From: a virus
Length of the DNA: 64,000 bases
Virus record (IMG/VR): IMGVR_UViG_3300001390_000008
Span: 1 to 64,000 of that record
Reading direction: 5' to 3' (one strand)
In this document: positions 1 through 9,571 of the stretch, in pieces
How the letters are laid out: each line of letters begins with the position of its first letter
Position numbering within the stretch: the stretch's first letter is position 1
Position numbers and translations under genes: made by a program
The notes under the pieces: generated by a model
Told to the model about the DNA's origin: nothing
The model's input: the letters and a program-made list of their open reading frames with translations, nothing else
Databases searched by the model: none

Positions 1-52
1 CCCCCCCTACGTATACTTGAGGCGGCACCCGCTACCTTCCATACTGTCCAAC

Positions 53-457
53 TCATGTGCAGTCTTCCGGCGTTTCTACTCTAGGTAATTTACCTAAAAA
101 TCTCTGGCATAACTTCTTTCGCTCTTCTTCTGGCATATAGTTTTTTATTTTACGGAATAACTGCAATGCCTGCATTTCTGGCATTCTGTGTTCCCTGTCA
201 AATGCTAATTCTATACATAGCCCCAATATATTTTGTGGAAATATATCTTCTGTATAGTATTGAAAGACTAGCCAATAAGACCACCGGGCTTTAGTTCTTT
301 CAGGAACTAAAGCACTGTCATACCATCTGGAAAAGAACTCTATAAGAGTTAATGATTCATGTGCAGAAAAAACGGCTAAGGAGGGGGTACATGCCCCATT
401 ACCCTCCAGATAATCGTGCACTTCTTGCATTGTACTTTGGCCGGTAAAAAGAGCCAT
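53..457 (-). CDS. hypothetical protein
   Basis: 134 aa ORF, 6 bp downstream of the preceding minus-strand gene. Confidence 0.6.
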   Translation of the reverse strand: MALFTGQSTMQEVHDYLEGNGACTPSLAVFSAHESLTLIEFFSRWYDSALVPERTKARWSYWLVFQYYTEDIFPQNILGLCIELAFDREHRMPEMQALQLFRKIKNYMPEEERKKLCQRFLGKLPRVETPEDCT

Positions 458-463
458 GTCATT

Positions 464-952
464 TTAAACGCCATCAGTTATGGGCAATCTTATTATCCCT
501 GTAGCGCCCCACTGCAATACATAATCTGCGGTCACATTACTTACTGCCGCCCCAAGGTCTATAGCTAAGAGTAGAGGGGATGTAGCAGTTGTGCCGCCCA
601 CCTTATATACGACTGCCCAAGTAGCGTTACTAAATCCATTAGTCGCATCCTGTAAAAAAGTAATATCAGGGCCATCGACTTTAACTACACCGTTATCCCA
701 ATTTACAGTAATTGGGGATATCAATAACCCGCCTGTTGGGTAAGTACCTACAGCACTCACCTCGTTAAATACAACGTCTAACCAGTGCAGATCTGTGGTG
801 ACTGTATCATAGTCGGGTTGTGCTGTAAGTAGCGCACAATTAATAGTATCCGCACCCCAATCTATTGGAAGGCCTGCTAGTCCATGCAGTGTCCCGTTAT
901 CCATTAAACTTATTGCATACCCTCGAAAAGGTCTATTATCTCCTGCTGCCAT
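464..952 (-). CDS. putative virion structural / tail-fibre-associated protein
   Basis: 162 aa, Gly/Thr/Val-rich beta-type composition, at the distal end of the tail module. Confidence 0.55.
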   Translation of the reverse strand: MAAGDNRPFRGYAISLMDNGTLHGLAGLPIDWGADTINCALLTAQPDYDTVTTDLHWLDVVFNEVSAVGTYPTGGLLISPITVNWDNGVVKVDGPDITFLQDATNGFSNATWAVVYKVGGTTATSPLLLAIDLGAAVSNVTADYVLQWGATGIIRLPITDGV

Positions 953-962
953 TATACTGCTC

Positions 963-2195
963 CTATATAAATGCCTGTATGGCTAATCTTGAAGCATCTG
1001 TGCGGGCCGTTATTAGGCCACCTACTACAATACGCTTCACCCAGAATGCCTTTACTTCTCTCCCCAGTAAATCTCCTACAGTTATTGCTGCTGTTGAAAA
1101 TACAACCCCTGCCGGGGCCACATCTTCAGTAGCTACAGTAGCTGCTACCCCCGTAGTTATACCATCCCCTACCCCCACCAAATCAAGACCTAGCTCTATA
1201 CTATCATTAACTGGCTGGGTTATTACACTTATAGATACATTGTACATTGTGTTACTGCGAGTATTTTTAATATAAAAACACCTATAGTCTACACTTCTTG
1301 CATTAATATCCAAAAAGGAAATATTATCATACGTATTATTCCTAATCGAAGATATAGTTATCTGATCAGCTAAATCTACAGATGGATTAATACCATCATG
1401 GTATATATATAGCTGCCCCTCTGTATAAACCCCTACTGTATAGTTACCTGCAATACTGGCACTTACACGGGGGCTTTCTGTACCCCCAAGAGACTGCCAT
1501 GTATACTCTGGCGGGCTACCGGTATACACCCGTAAAGTACCTGCTCCTGATGGGTTACCATAGACTTCTATTATATTAGCCCCTGTTATGTTTACCGGCT
1601 GTGTAAAGTTTTGTGATAATACCCCGCTATTACTGGCTAAAGAAATCATACCACCAAGGCTAACTGCCTGATCCTCATTAGTGGCCCCACCGGAATAGAT
1701 AACTGCCAGATCACCTATAGACTGAATAGCATCAACTGAGGCTACATGCCCCCCCAAAATCCCTATAGATGCCGCGTGTGCAATAGTGGATGATTGATTA
1801 AGGCCATAAGCTAAAACTCCGGCTACTTCTATACTGCTTGTCTTTGCAAGCAACTGCAAACTAGCGGAAGATAAAACACCTGCTAGAGATATCTGCGGTA
1901 CCTTTGCTGTAAGTCCATTTGTTGTAAGTAGGGCAGCATCTTGCCCCGTCAATATAAAAGAACCAGAACTGGTAGATAAGATCCTGCTGTATAATAATGC
2001 AGCATCTGTACCTATAGTAGAAAACGCACCAGAGGCCGCCACCAAAGTAGTGGCGCTGCTATTATAAAGTAATACTGCGGCTTGCCCAGATAGAGAAAAA
2101 GCGCCAGAATCAGCAGTAAGCGTTGAGGTGCTACTAGTAATCCCTGTTGAGGAGGGTCGTCTTCTTATACTAGACGCACCACGTATTATAGACAT
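963..2195 (-). CDS. putative minor tail / virion protein (paralog of 3522..4310)
   Basis: N-terminal SG(A/S)F-x-x-x-G(Q/T)-x-A-x-LL repeats; C-terminal half aligns by eye with 3522..4310 (NITG...YGN..G.GTL; YRCFY). Confidence 0.6.
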   Translation of the reverse strand: MSIIRGASSIRRRPSSTGITSSTSTLTADSGAFSLSGQAAVLLYNSSATTLVAASGAFSTIGTDAALLYSRILSTSSGSFILTGQDAALLTTNGLTAKVPQISLAGVLSSASLQLLAKTSSIEVAGVLAYGLNQSSTIAHAASIGILGGHVASVDAIQSIGDLAVIYSGGATNEDQAVSLGGMISLASNSGVLSQNFTQPVNITGANIIEVYGNPSGAGTLRVYTGSPPEYTWQSLGGTESPRVSASIAGNYTVGVYTEGQLYIYHDGINPSVDLADQITISSIRNNTYDNISFLDINARSVDYRCFYIKNTRSNTMYNVSISVITQPVNDSIELGLDLVGVGDGITTGVAATVATEDVAPAGVVFSTAAITVGDLLGREVKAFWVKRIVVGGLITARTDASRLAIQAFI

Positions 2196-2199
2196 AAGA

Positions 2200-3513
2200 C
2201 TACACTTTAATTTCTGTTACTTTAATAAAAGAATTCGCTTTTCCTCCATATACGGGGGCACCTGCCGCGTCTGCATTTATATATGCTGTTCCACTACCTA
2301 CACCCATCCTCAGCTTAAACGTCGTTGCTATTGTGGAGTTTGAAGTATATTCAAAATCAACAAACGCACTTGAATACATAATAGAACCATAGGACATAGA
2401 AACGGCATCAGCTCCTGCATTACTATCCCTAAATAGTGCCATAGCTACTGTATCTTGCTCCCAACTGCCCCACATAACAGCCTGAACGTGCAATATACTA
2501 TTAGCATATTTGGGGGTATACAAGATTGTCGTTATTTCCTGACCTTCTGTATTTTGCGGGATTGTATTATCCCATGGAGTTAGCGCAGTAATAGTTGTTA
2601 CTGTAGTATAGTCTGCTCTTAGGTGGCCTACAACACCGGTTTGGGTAGCACTTATAGAATCCCCTACAACTTCATTTCTAACACCATAAATAACAATAGC
2701 AGTATTTGCTATAAAATTTTCTGCATCCAATGTAGGCCTAATAGTTATCCTATTTATAGAACTAACATTCTGCCAAAACATATTAGTTATATTAACCGAT
2801 AGATTAGTTGGGGATTCTCTACCAGCAAAGGATGTTGAATCGCATAATTTATATCTATTTTCTGTATACCCTTTTATATTAATATATAAATTCCCATAGT
2901 AGGAAGCTAGTGAGGCGTTAGTGCTAGCTTGACCAATAATAGCATCATTAATTGGGTAAAGTCCTACACTGCCCGCCCCATATATAGTTGCTGATTTATA
3001 GTTAGTTGAAATAATATCATTATTGATATACATCCGTATATTATCGTACCCGGTAGCAGCTTCGGTAGTTCTTGCATCTAGTAGCTCTATGTATAAATCA
3101 CCATAACCTTGACTTATATTTTGTATATCAAAAATTCCATCCACTGCTAGAATTTCTTCATATAGTTTAGTTTTTACCTGCTTTATACTTGTCGAGCCGG
3201 CTAAACTAGATTGTAGATCACCCGTAATATCATAAACACCCGTACTAATACAGGTAGTAACTATAGTAGCATTAGTCCCATAAGAAACTAAATTCTTATC
3301 TTGTGGTAAGTTTACTGTTGCTCCTGCTGTAGTAAATGTCTGTAACCCATCAATACTCTGAATAACAAATATATTACCAGCCGTTACCCCAGTAGAGGGT
3401 ATTGTAATTGCGAAAGCACCTGTGCATCTATAGGTTACAGAATCATCCCCCGCCCCTATATCCGCATCTGCTATTGTGAAAATACCTGATTTAGGTACGA
3501 TAGTAGTAGACAT
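2200..3513 (-). CDS. putative tail fibre / receptor-binding protein
   Basis: 437 aa modular Thr/Ser/Ile-rich protein; C-terminal PWDNTIPQNTEG...TFKLRMG...SFIKVTEI resembles phage fibre tip modules. Confidence 0.6.
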   Translation of the reverse strand: MSTTIVPKSGIFTIADADIGAGDDSVTYRCTGAFAITIPSTGVTAGNIFVIQSIDGLQTFTTAGATVNLPQDKNLVSYGTNATIVTTCISTGVYDITGDLQSSLAGSTSIKQVKTKLYEEILAVDGIFDIQNISQGYGDLYIELLDARTTEAATGYDNIRMYINNDIISTNYKSATIYGAGSVGLYPINDAIIGQASTNASLASYYGNLYINIKGYTENRYKLCDSTSFAGRESPTNLSVNITNMFWQNVSSINRITIRPTLDAENFIANTAIVIYGVRNEVVGDSISATQTGVVGHLRADYTTVTTITALTPWDNTIPQNTEGQEITTILYTPKYANSILHVQAVMWGSWEQDTVAMALFRDSNAGADAVSMSYGSIMYSSAFVDFEYTSNSTIATTFKLRMGVGSGTAYINADAAGAPVYGGKANSFIKVTEIKV

Positions 3514-3521
3514 ATCGGTTC

Positions 3522-4310
3522 CTACGGGTTAGTAGTTAAAGAAAGACCTAGTGAGAATGTATTTTGAGCACTGGTCAGCCTATTTTCTGCCGGGGTTACC
3601 TTCTTTATCCAAAAAGCATAACTCTCGCCGGCAAGCATTGTTCCTAATAGTAGCCCGGTACTAGAACTACTGGGGGATGCGAAGGTAAGGGCTGATAGTA
3701 CATTAGTGGTATCTTCCGTATCTGCCAGGGGGCCGAGAGCAACCCCATTAAGCCCTGCTGGATCTAGACTAACAGATACAGTATCCGCCACATCTGGCTG
3801 GGCATTAACCCATATTGTTACTTTATATGCAGTAGCCGTAGCGTGATTATTTTGCAAGTAAAAACATCTATATTCTGTATTACCTGCAAATGACTGTACC
3901 TCAGTAATATCATCAAATATATTTTGGGGCACATTTGATATAGTCACTGAATCTTGTGCAGAGGCGGCAGGAAAGTTTGCGTATATCACATCTATTATAA
4001 GATACCCTGCCGCATTTCCTACAGTGTATGTGCCGTCCCCCGTAATATTTTTCCCAGTTCCGTTAGGCGACCCCGGAGGATACCACCACAAAGCGTCTGT
4101 GGACTTTGTATATTGTAAAGTACCTATTCCTTCCGTATTGCCGTAAGCATCTACTACAGTTACCCCAGTAATATTAGTGACCCCGGCAGCACTCTGGCTT
4201 CGTACTTCATTAGGAGTTCCCGCAGAGATAGCCCCACCTATACTTGCTAAAGGGGTTATAACGGCGGGGCCAGAAAATAGCATCAATATATCTGTAATAC
4301 TTATAGCCAT
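3522..4310 (-). CDS. putative minor tail / baseplate protein
   Basis: NIFDDIT...GNTEYRCFYLQN and YAFWIKK motifs; position in tail module. Confidence 0.6.
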   Translation of the reverse strand: MAISITDILMLFSGPAVITPLASIGGAISAGTPNEVRSQSAAGVTNITGVTVVDAYGNTEGIGTLQYTKSTDALWWYPPGSPNGTGKNITGDGTYTVGNAAGYLIIDVIYANFPAASAQDSVTISNVPQNIFDDITEVQSFAGNTEYRCFYLQNNHATATAYKVTIWVNAQPDVADTVSVSLDPAGLNGVALGPLADTEDTTNVLSALTFASPSSSSTGLLLGTMLAGESYAFWIKKVTPAENRLTSAQNTFSLGLSLTTNP

Positions 4311-6781
4311 TAGTAGACTCCTATCGGTAGATATTTAGTTCCAAAATTTAAAACCTTTTCTAATTCGTCTTTCCCCCCTTGGGGGTCTAGGTTTTTTATT
4401 AGAAAATTTTTAGGCTCATCTATCTTATCCTCTATCTCAGTCATTATAGATACAAACACCCACTCTGTCTCTGTTAGGTCTTTATTTACATGAGTGTACC
4501 TGCCTATGCCAAACTTCCTATGATTGTGTCTTGGTGTGTTTAGTAACATTTTCATACTAAGCCACTCTTCTAATTCCCTCTCAGTATAAATAATCCTTAC
4601 CAACAATGTCGCAGTATCAAACCAATAATAATCCATCACATACGCAGTAGTATGCCAGTATTTATCCTCATTCCATTTTTGGTAATCTAGGTGTCTTCTA
4701 TAATCATAGTATATACGTATATTTATCGCATCATTATGCCTAGGGTTTATTAAAGGCCACATTCCTATAGGCGGTTCTACTGGCACTACATCCCACCCCA
4801 TATCAATTTTCATAAAATCACTTGTATCCTCAGTACTCCACCCGCCATCCCAAGACGTAGTAGTAAAGGTTTCCGTAGTGGCCACTATAGTTCTCCACCC
4901 AAATTGCATAGCAGAAAAATTAAACCCATAACCCCCTGTATTAATCTCCTCCTCTTCTTGTAATTCCTCTCGTAGAATAAAACTATTACCTTCTGGTGTA
5001 CTGGCCTCCACAGGAGAAGCTACCTCAACCACCTCTCTAGTATGCATAATACGCATCCCATTAGTGTTTGGGTCTTGCGTATTATATAAAAAATCATGCT
5101 CCTGTTCTAAATACAAAACTAATTTTTTACGTATATCAAAAAAATGAATAAATCTCTCAGACATTCTTACTGCATATATCCCTTCTTGCCCCCCATTATC
5201 TAACTTCCAGTCAGAATCATACTGTGTCTTAGTTCCCATTATCCATTGGTCTAGAGTAAATTGCTGCGCTCCTTCTGTGGGGTGTGTCCATTTAAGTACT
5301 ATATCCCCTGTCTCATTTTCCCCTATATAGCTGTAATGGTCAGTAAACGTTGTAGGAGTTCCCGGTGCATTAGGGTAGTCATATGCTGGGCCAAAAGTGT
5401 TGCCAGGAGAATCCCCTGAATACTTACTTATATTCCCCCACAACCCCGTCTCCCCGCGCTGATTATTACTTATGTTATATAGTAAAGAGTTCTCCAACGT
5501 AGGGTCATCAACCCCCGCAACAAATTTCTGCTTTAAATCTCTATATTTAGCAAAATGTGCAGTTACCGGTATCTCGATATCCCCTACATAATCCCTAGCT
5601 ACAATAAGCTGCCCAGTAAGCCCGGATGTTATCTCTATAGTATCTTCTTGCCAGTTGTGTGTATGCACCTCTGTATCGCCCTGCCCCGGAAAGAGACCAT
5701 ACCAGCTATCCTCTACACCTCCGTCAGTATATATGGGTAGATGATCCTTCTTCGTAGTATTTGTAAATACTAGCTTATCCCCCCATGTGCCTTCTTGATT
5801 AGCTACAGTGTCGAGAGCTATCTTTGCAGTAGCCATATCTGTTACATAGCATTTTAATAAATACTGCCCATCTTCCTTTACATTACTCTGCCCATTATTG
5901 AAGCTGTCTTCAAACCTACGGGAAGCTACCGCCTCCGTACCAGACTCATTAAAAAACCATGGTGTCTCTGGGGTGTAGGCATTGGGTTGCTGAGGAAAAC
6001 TAAACAAAGACTCCCAACCAGACGGGTTATTCCCGCCCTTCATACTCTTGAAGGAGGCCCGTTTACTATCGTCCATATCCCCCTTTTTTATTGTTTCTGC
6101 CGGGTAGGGCCTACGGTACAGTATATCTTTCAAACCATCTTTACATATAGCCAGTAGCCACTTTTCATCTATCTCTAGCAGTTCCCCTGTTATAGGGTCA
6201 TATTGCTTATTCCCGTTTGCATCTAAATCAGGAACCCTCTCTATACGAAAACATGCACCTAATACCGGTTTAGGCGCAATAGCCAGATATCTACCTTGAT
6301 AATATATTTCTTCATGTGAGGTATCTGCCCCATAATAAAAATCATCAACATGTGCGGCAAAATATCTCATAGGGGGGCCATTGTAGGATATGCGCTCACG
6401 CCTCTTCTCTATAGCCCCTGTGCGCGTCCCATTACTATCTAATAGATAGGGGCCTATCCAGTCTATATTGCCATACACTTGATCTCCGGGGGCCTTAGCC
6501 CACACCCACTTATATTGCTGAGTCTTCTTATCCAAAGCCCTATAAAGGTGCTTTATTGCGTCCTTACCGCCAGAAGTTCCGTATGGCAGGTCTTCATATT
6601 CCGGTACAGCAGGATCTGCCCATGTATTTACGGGTTTCTTCTTAGCAAATGGCTTACCCCAACCTGCAGGGTTAGAGTCATCTACGGGGAAAAACATGAA
6701 TCCCTCTGCCGGGGGGTACTCAAAATTCTGTACAAGGCTGAATGGCCCTATTACATTTTGCCCTTGCCAGTTAATAGCCAC
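4310..6781 (-). CDS. large putative tail tip protein
   Basis: 823 aa, TAATG-coupled to the next gene, inside tail module. Confidence 0.5.
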   Translation of the reverse strand: MAINWQGQNVIGPFSLVQNFEYPPAEGFMFFPVDDSNPAGWGKPFAKKKPVNTWADPAVPEYEDLPYGTSGGKDAIKHLYRALDKKTQQYKWVWAKAPGDQVYGNIDWIGPYLLDSNGTRTGAIEKRRERISYNGPPMRYFAAHVDDFYYGADTSHEEIYYQGRYLAIAPKPVLGACFRIERVPDLDANGNKQYDPITGELLEIDEKWLLAICKDGLKDILYRRPYPAETIKKGDMDDSKRASFKSMKGGNNPSGWESLFSFPQQPNAYTPETPWFFNESGTEAVASRRFEDSFNNGQSNVKEDGQYLLKCYVTDMATAKIALDTVANQEGTWGDKLVFTNTTKKDHLPIYTDGGVEDSWYGLFPGQGDTEVHTHNWQEDTIEITSGLTGQLIVARDYVGDIEIPVTAHFAKYRDLKQKFVAGVDDPTLENSLLYNISNNQRGETGLWGNISKYSGDSPGNTFGPAYDYPNAPGTPTTFTDHYSYIGENETGDIVLKWTHPTEGAQQFTLDQWIMGTKTQYDSDWKLDNGGQEGIYAVRMSERFIHFFDIRKKLVLYLEQEHDFLYNTQDPNTNGMRIMHTREVVEVASPVEASTPEGNSFILREELQEEEEINTGGYGFNFSAMQFGWRTIVATTETFTTTSWDGGWSTEDTSDFMKIDMGWDVVPVEPPIGMWPLINPRHNDAINIRIYYDYRRHLDYQKWNEDKYWHTTAYVMDYYWFDTATLLVRIIYTERELEEWLSMKMLLNTPRHNHRKFGIGRYTHVNKDLTETEWVFVSIMTEIEDKIDEPKNFLIKNLDPQGGKDELEKVLNFGTKYLPIGVY

Positions 6782-6786
6782 ACGTA

Positions 6787-7206
6787 TTATCCGTAACTTG
6801 CGGGCAAATACCCTGCCTGTATGGCCATTTTAAGGCCTTTATTAAATATATCGGGCTGTATAGCCGCTAGTTTAGCAGACCATTTTCTAGATAATTCAGT
6901 AGGTACGGCACTAGCCCCAGATTGCGCTTGTATCTCAACTCCATCCAATTTAACAGGCCCGCCAAGTAAGTCCTGCTCATCTTTTGCTTCATCTATATCA
7001 AAGGCCATTCTATTAATGCGCCCCCCTTGATCAACCATCACAATCATGTGGACAACTTCTATTTCCAAAACCCCCGTACCATTATACTGCTCAGGTGTAT
7101 GGTCTTTTTTATAAATCCCGGTTTCCGTAACTATCTGATACTCTACTATCCGGTATAGTTCATCCCTGCCGTGATAAGGTTGTGTGGGGGAGAATTCGTT
7201 AGGCAT
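6787..7206 (-). CDS. hypothetical protein (tail module)
   Basis: 139 aa ORF, tightly packed. Confidence 0.6.
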   Translation of the reverse strand: MPNEFSPTQPYHGRDELYRIVEYQIVTETGIYKKDHTPEQYNGTGVLEIEVVHMIVMVDQGGRINRMAFDIDEAKDEQDLLGGPVKLDGVEIQAQSGASAVPTELSRKWSAKLAAIQPDIFNKGLKMAIQAGYLPASYG

Positions 7207-7214
7207 ATCATATA

Positions 7215-8531
7215 CTACGGATTATCTGGTGCGGCATAGGAATCAGACCCTTCTACGGAGGGGGCGGTTAATCTCAATGTACCTACCTGCTTTCTATTAA
7301 GCAGAGCAGGAGGCTTAGTATATGTTGCAATTATCGTAGCATTCTTAAATTTAACTATCCTGCCATTAATTCCTATCTCAGTATCGAAGGCATAGGGGTA
7401 TACACGGTAAGTTGTGGTATATGTAACCTTTATTAATCCTGCTATTTTTATCACAAAGCCTGCTATATCTGTAGCAACTATCTCACCTGGTTGTACAATT
7501 CTGTTTTGTGGCCTTCCCTTGTACTCACTAGGGTTAAGCCAATTAACCTCTTTTACTGTGTACCCTTCCTGCCTAAATATTACAGTAACCCTTCTGTTCC
7601 ATTGATCGACTATATCAGAATCCTCTTTTATACCCATCCTGCCCTGTGGAGGGTACTTTACATTCCTGCCATTCACCCCCTTAAAATTTATAGATTCATG
7701 TATAACCCTATAATTACCTTTTTGTGGGGTTAGCAGAGAGCCGTCTGTGACCTCTATCTTAGCCTCTACATCAGGATATACCCTTATGAGTGCAGAAGCT
7801 TCTAATACTGCGGTAGATGGCATACCTGCCTCAGTATACGTAGTTATAGCAGCAGGCCCATCTGCATCCACCTCTATCACTAGTCTCCCTACCCCACTAT
7901 TTCTACTTATATTAGCTAATTCGTATTCACACTTGGGGGCTTGTAAGGATATCGTAGCAAAGTCCCCGGAGGATGCCTCATACACCACTATTATCGCATC
8001 CTCATAAGGTATATATTTCTTAACATTTGCCCCGAAGGGGTTATATATAGACTGAGGAGATGGGGGGCCTGAATAGTCTGTTTCATAGGGGCAGCCCCAC
8101 CCCTCATAGAGAAATTTATACAATGTATATCTAGCTTTGTATGTGACCTTTATAACACCAAACCCTATTTTACTTGAGTCTATTGTATTAGTAGAGCCGT
8201 TAAACGATAAAAATGTTGTAGTTATATTTCCAGAAACATCATGGAATTTACCTAATAGCGATATAGCCACACTATAGGCTTTAGGGTAGGTTAGACGTAT
8301 CTGCTTGCTATTGGTAAAGGATAATATTTCTTCCACCTCCTTTACAGTACTTCCTAGCTTAACTAGTTGCCCTGAGCTCTCCCATACTTTCCCGGTACGT
8401 TCAGGGTAAACCCTTAGGTATTGCGTTCTTAGGGAGTACTTAGCCCGGTCATCAGCCTCTATCAGCAGAGATTGCTCTGCTGCACTACTGCTAAAATCTA
8501 CGGTAATAGTACTGGTTAGTCTCGTGCTCAT
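7215..8531 (-). CDS. putative tail protein with two internally repeated domains
   Basis: LLIEAD..YLRVYP..GQL..EILSF..TYP repeated as LVIEVD..LIRVYP..GSL..ESINF..KYP. Confidence 0.55.
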   Translation of the reverse strand: MSTRLTSTITVDFSSSAAEQSLLIEADDRAKYSLRTQYLRVYPERTGKVWESSGQLVKLGSTVKEVEEILSFTNSKQIRLTYPKAYSVAISLLGKFHDVSGNITTTFLSFNGSTNTIDSSKIGFGVIKVTYKARYTLYKFLYEGWGCPYETDYSGPPSPQSIYNPFGANVKKYIPYEDAIIVVYEASSGDFATISLQAPKCEYELANISRNSGVGRLVIEVDADGPAAITTYTEAGMPSTAVLEASALIRVYPDVEAKIEVTDGSLLTPQKGNYRVIHESINFKGVNGRNVKYPPQGRMGIKEDSDIVDQWNRRVTVIFRQEGYTVKEVNWLNPSEYKGRPQNRIVQPGEIVATDIAGFVIKIAGLIKVTYTTTYRVYPYAFDTEIGINGRIVKFKNATIIATYTKPPALLNRKQVGTLRLTAPSVEGSDSYAAPDNP

Positions 8532-8806
8532 ACTACTTTATTACAGGATATTATATTTGTCTGCCGTAGTTGTACATCACTTGGGCGTTTTCTACTCCCA
8601 CCTCGTAATGCGGGTAGATGTCTACGGTTACCCTTTAGTTGTATTGACGGGTCATCATTTAGTTTTATTCTTTCCCTGAAGTACTCTATAGGGTTACCCA
8701 GAGTTACCCCAGGGTGGCCCCAATCTGCCTCCTCTATACCCATTTCAATCAGGTGCTGTTTTTCCTGCCGGGTGAAAGGTGCATCTTTAATTCTGGTAGT
8801 AGCCAT
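8528..8806 (-). CDS. hypothetical protein
   Basis: 92 aa, GAGGA RBS, ATGA overlap with the next gene. Confidence 0.6.
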   Translation of the reverse strand: MATTRIKDAPFTRQEKQHLIEMGIEEADWGHPGVTLGNPIEYFRERIKLNDDPSIQLKGNRRHLPALRGGSRKRPSDVQLRQTNIISCNKVV

Positions 8807-8819
8807 TACGGATTCCTCA

Positions 8820-8841
8820 TGTCAACCCTAAGCAGATTCTC
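8820..8841. repeat. direct repeat copy, downstream flank of HNH-1
   Basis: TGTCAACCCTAAGCAGATTCTC, 20/22 identical to 9550-9571. Confidence 0.85.
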
Positions 8842-9496
8842 TACGCATTGAAGGTGTAGGAGTTGTTACCGCCTTTTTATGAGACCAGTTAAGAGCTAAC
8901 ACCCTTTTATTAATAGTGGAGCTAGGTATTCCTGTACGGCGAGACCACCCCGCTAAAGTATCCGTAACACCATCCACTGTAAGACGTACATTATTGCTTT
9001 TATTACTAGCTTGCTCTATAGAAGAAGCCCATTTACAATTACTAGGGGTGTAATCACCATTAAGGTTTTTACGTTCTAAGCTATATCCCTCTGGGCGTGG
9101 CCCCATATCTTTTAAGAATTGTGTTATATCTTCCCACCCATCACATACCTTTATCCCCCTACCACCATACCTACCCCATCTATTATTTTTAGGGTTGGTG
9201 CATCTATCATGCATGTTATGCCATATATGGTACAAAGGATGGTAACTTTTTCCGTGAGTTTTCTTCCCTACTTTTTGTAGGCACCCACATGATTTTGTAT
9301 GGCCACTTTTAAGATTATTGCCTTGTATAGTAACCCTTACCCCGCAATCACATAAACAATCCCATACAGGGGGGGAAGAGCCCTTTATGTATCTTTTTAC
9401 CAAAAGCGCATTAAATTTTTTATCGCATAAATCTATTATCCACTTCCATTGAGTACCATATCTACCCCTACCAAGATATCCTATTTTACCTTCCAT
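8828..9496 (-). CDS. free-standing HNH-family homing endonuclease
   Basis: WDCLCDCG...TKSCGC; WHNMHDRC; YGGRGIKVC; DMGPRPEGYSLERKNLNGDYTPSNCKW; start reassigned to ATG 9496 behind GGAGAG. Confidence 0.85.
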   Translation of the reverse strand: MEGKIGYLGRGRYGTQWKWIIDLCDKKFNALLVKRYIKGSSPPVWDCLCDCGVRVTIQGNNLKSGHTKSCGCLQKVGKKTHGKSYHPLYHIWHNMHDRCTNPKNNRWGRYGGRGIKVCDGWEDITQFLKDMGPRPEGYSLERKNLNGDYTPSNCKWASSIEQASNKSNNVRLTVDGVTDTLAGWSRRTGIPSSTINKRVLALNWSHKKAVTTPTPSMRRESA

Positions 9497-9526
9497 AATT
9501 GCTCTCCATACATTAATGAAGAACAT

Positions 9527-9555
9527 AATATAGCTAAGAAGTATCACCGTGTCAA
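9527..9555 (-). promoter_or_regulatory. sigma70-like promoter of HNH-1
   Basis: TTGACA-N17-TATATT. Confidence 0.7.
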
Positions 9556-9571
9556 TCCTAAGCGGATTCTC
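9550..9571. repeat. direct repeat copy, upstream flank of HNH-1
   Basis: TGTCAATCCTAAGCGGATTCTC. Confidence 0.85.

Noticed and set aside
1-30. Further copy of the CTGCG-N9-GG box (CCCTACG-TATACTTGA-GG, like 40670)
   Set aside because: Only ATACTTGAGG is shared and the window edge removes the context
2200-3513. Diversity-generating retroelement target
   Set aside because: No reverse transcriptase and no template/variable repeat pair seen in the window
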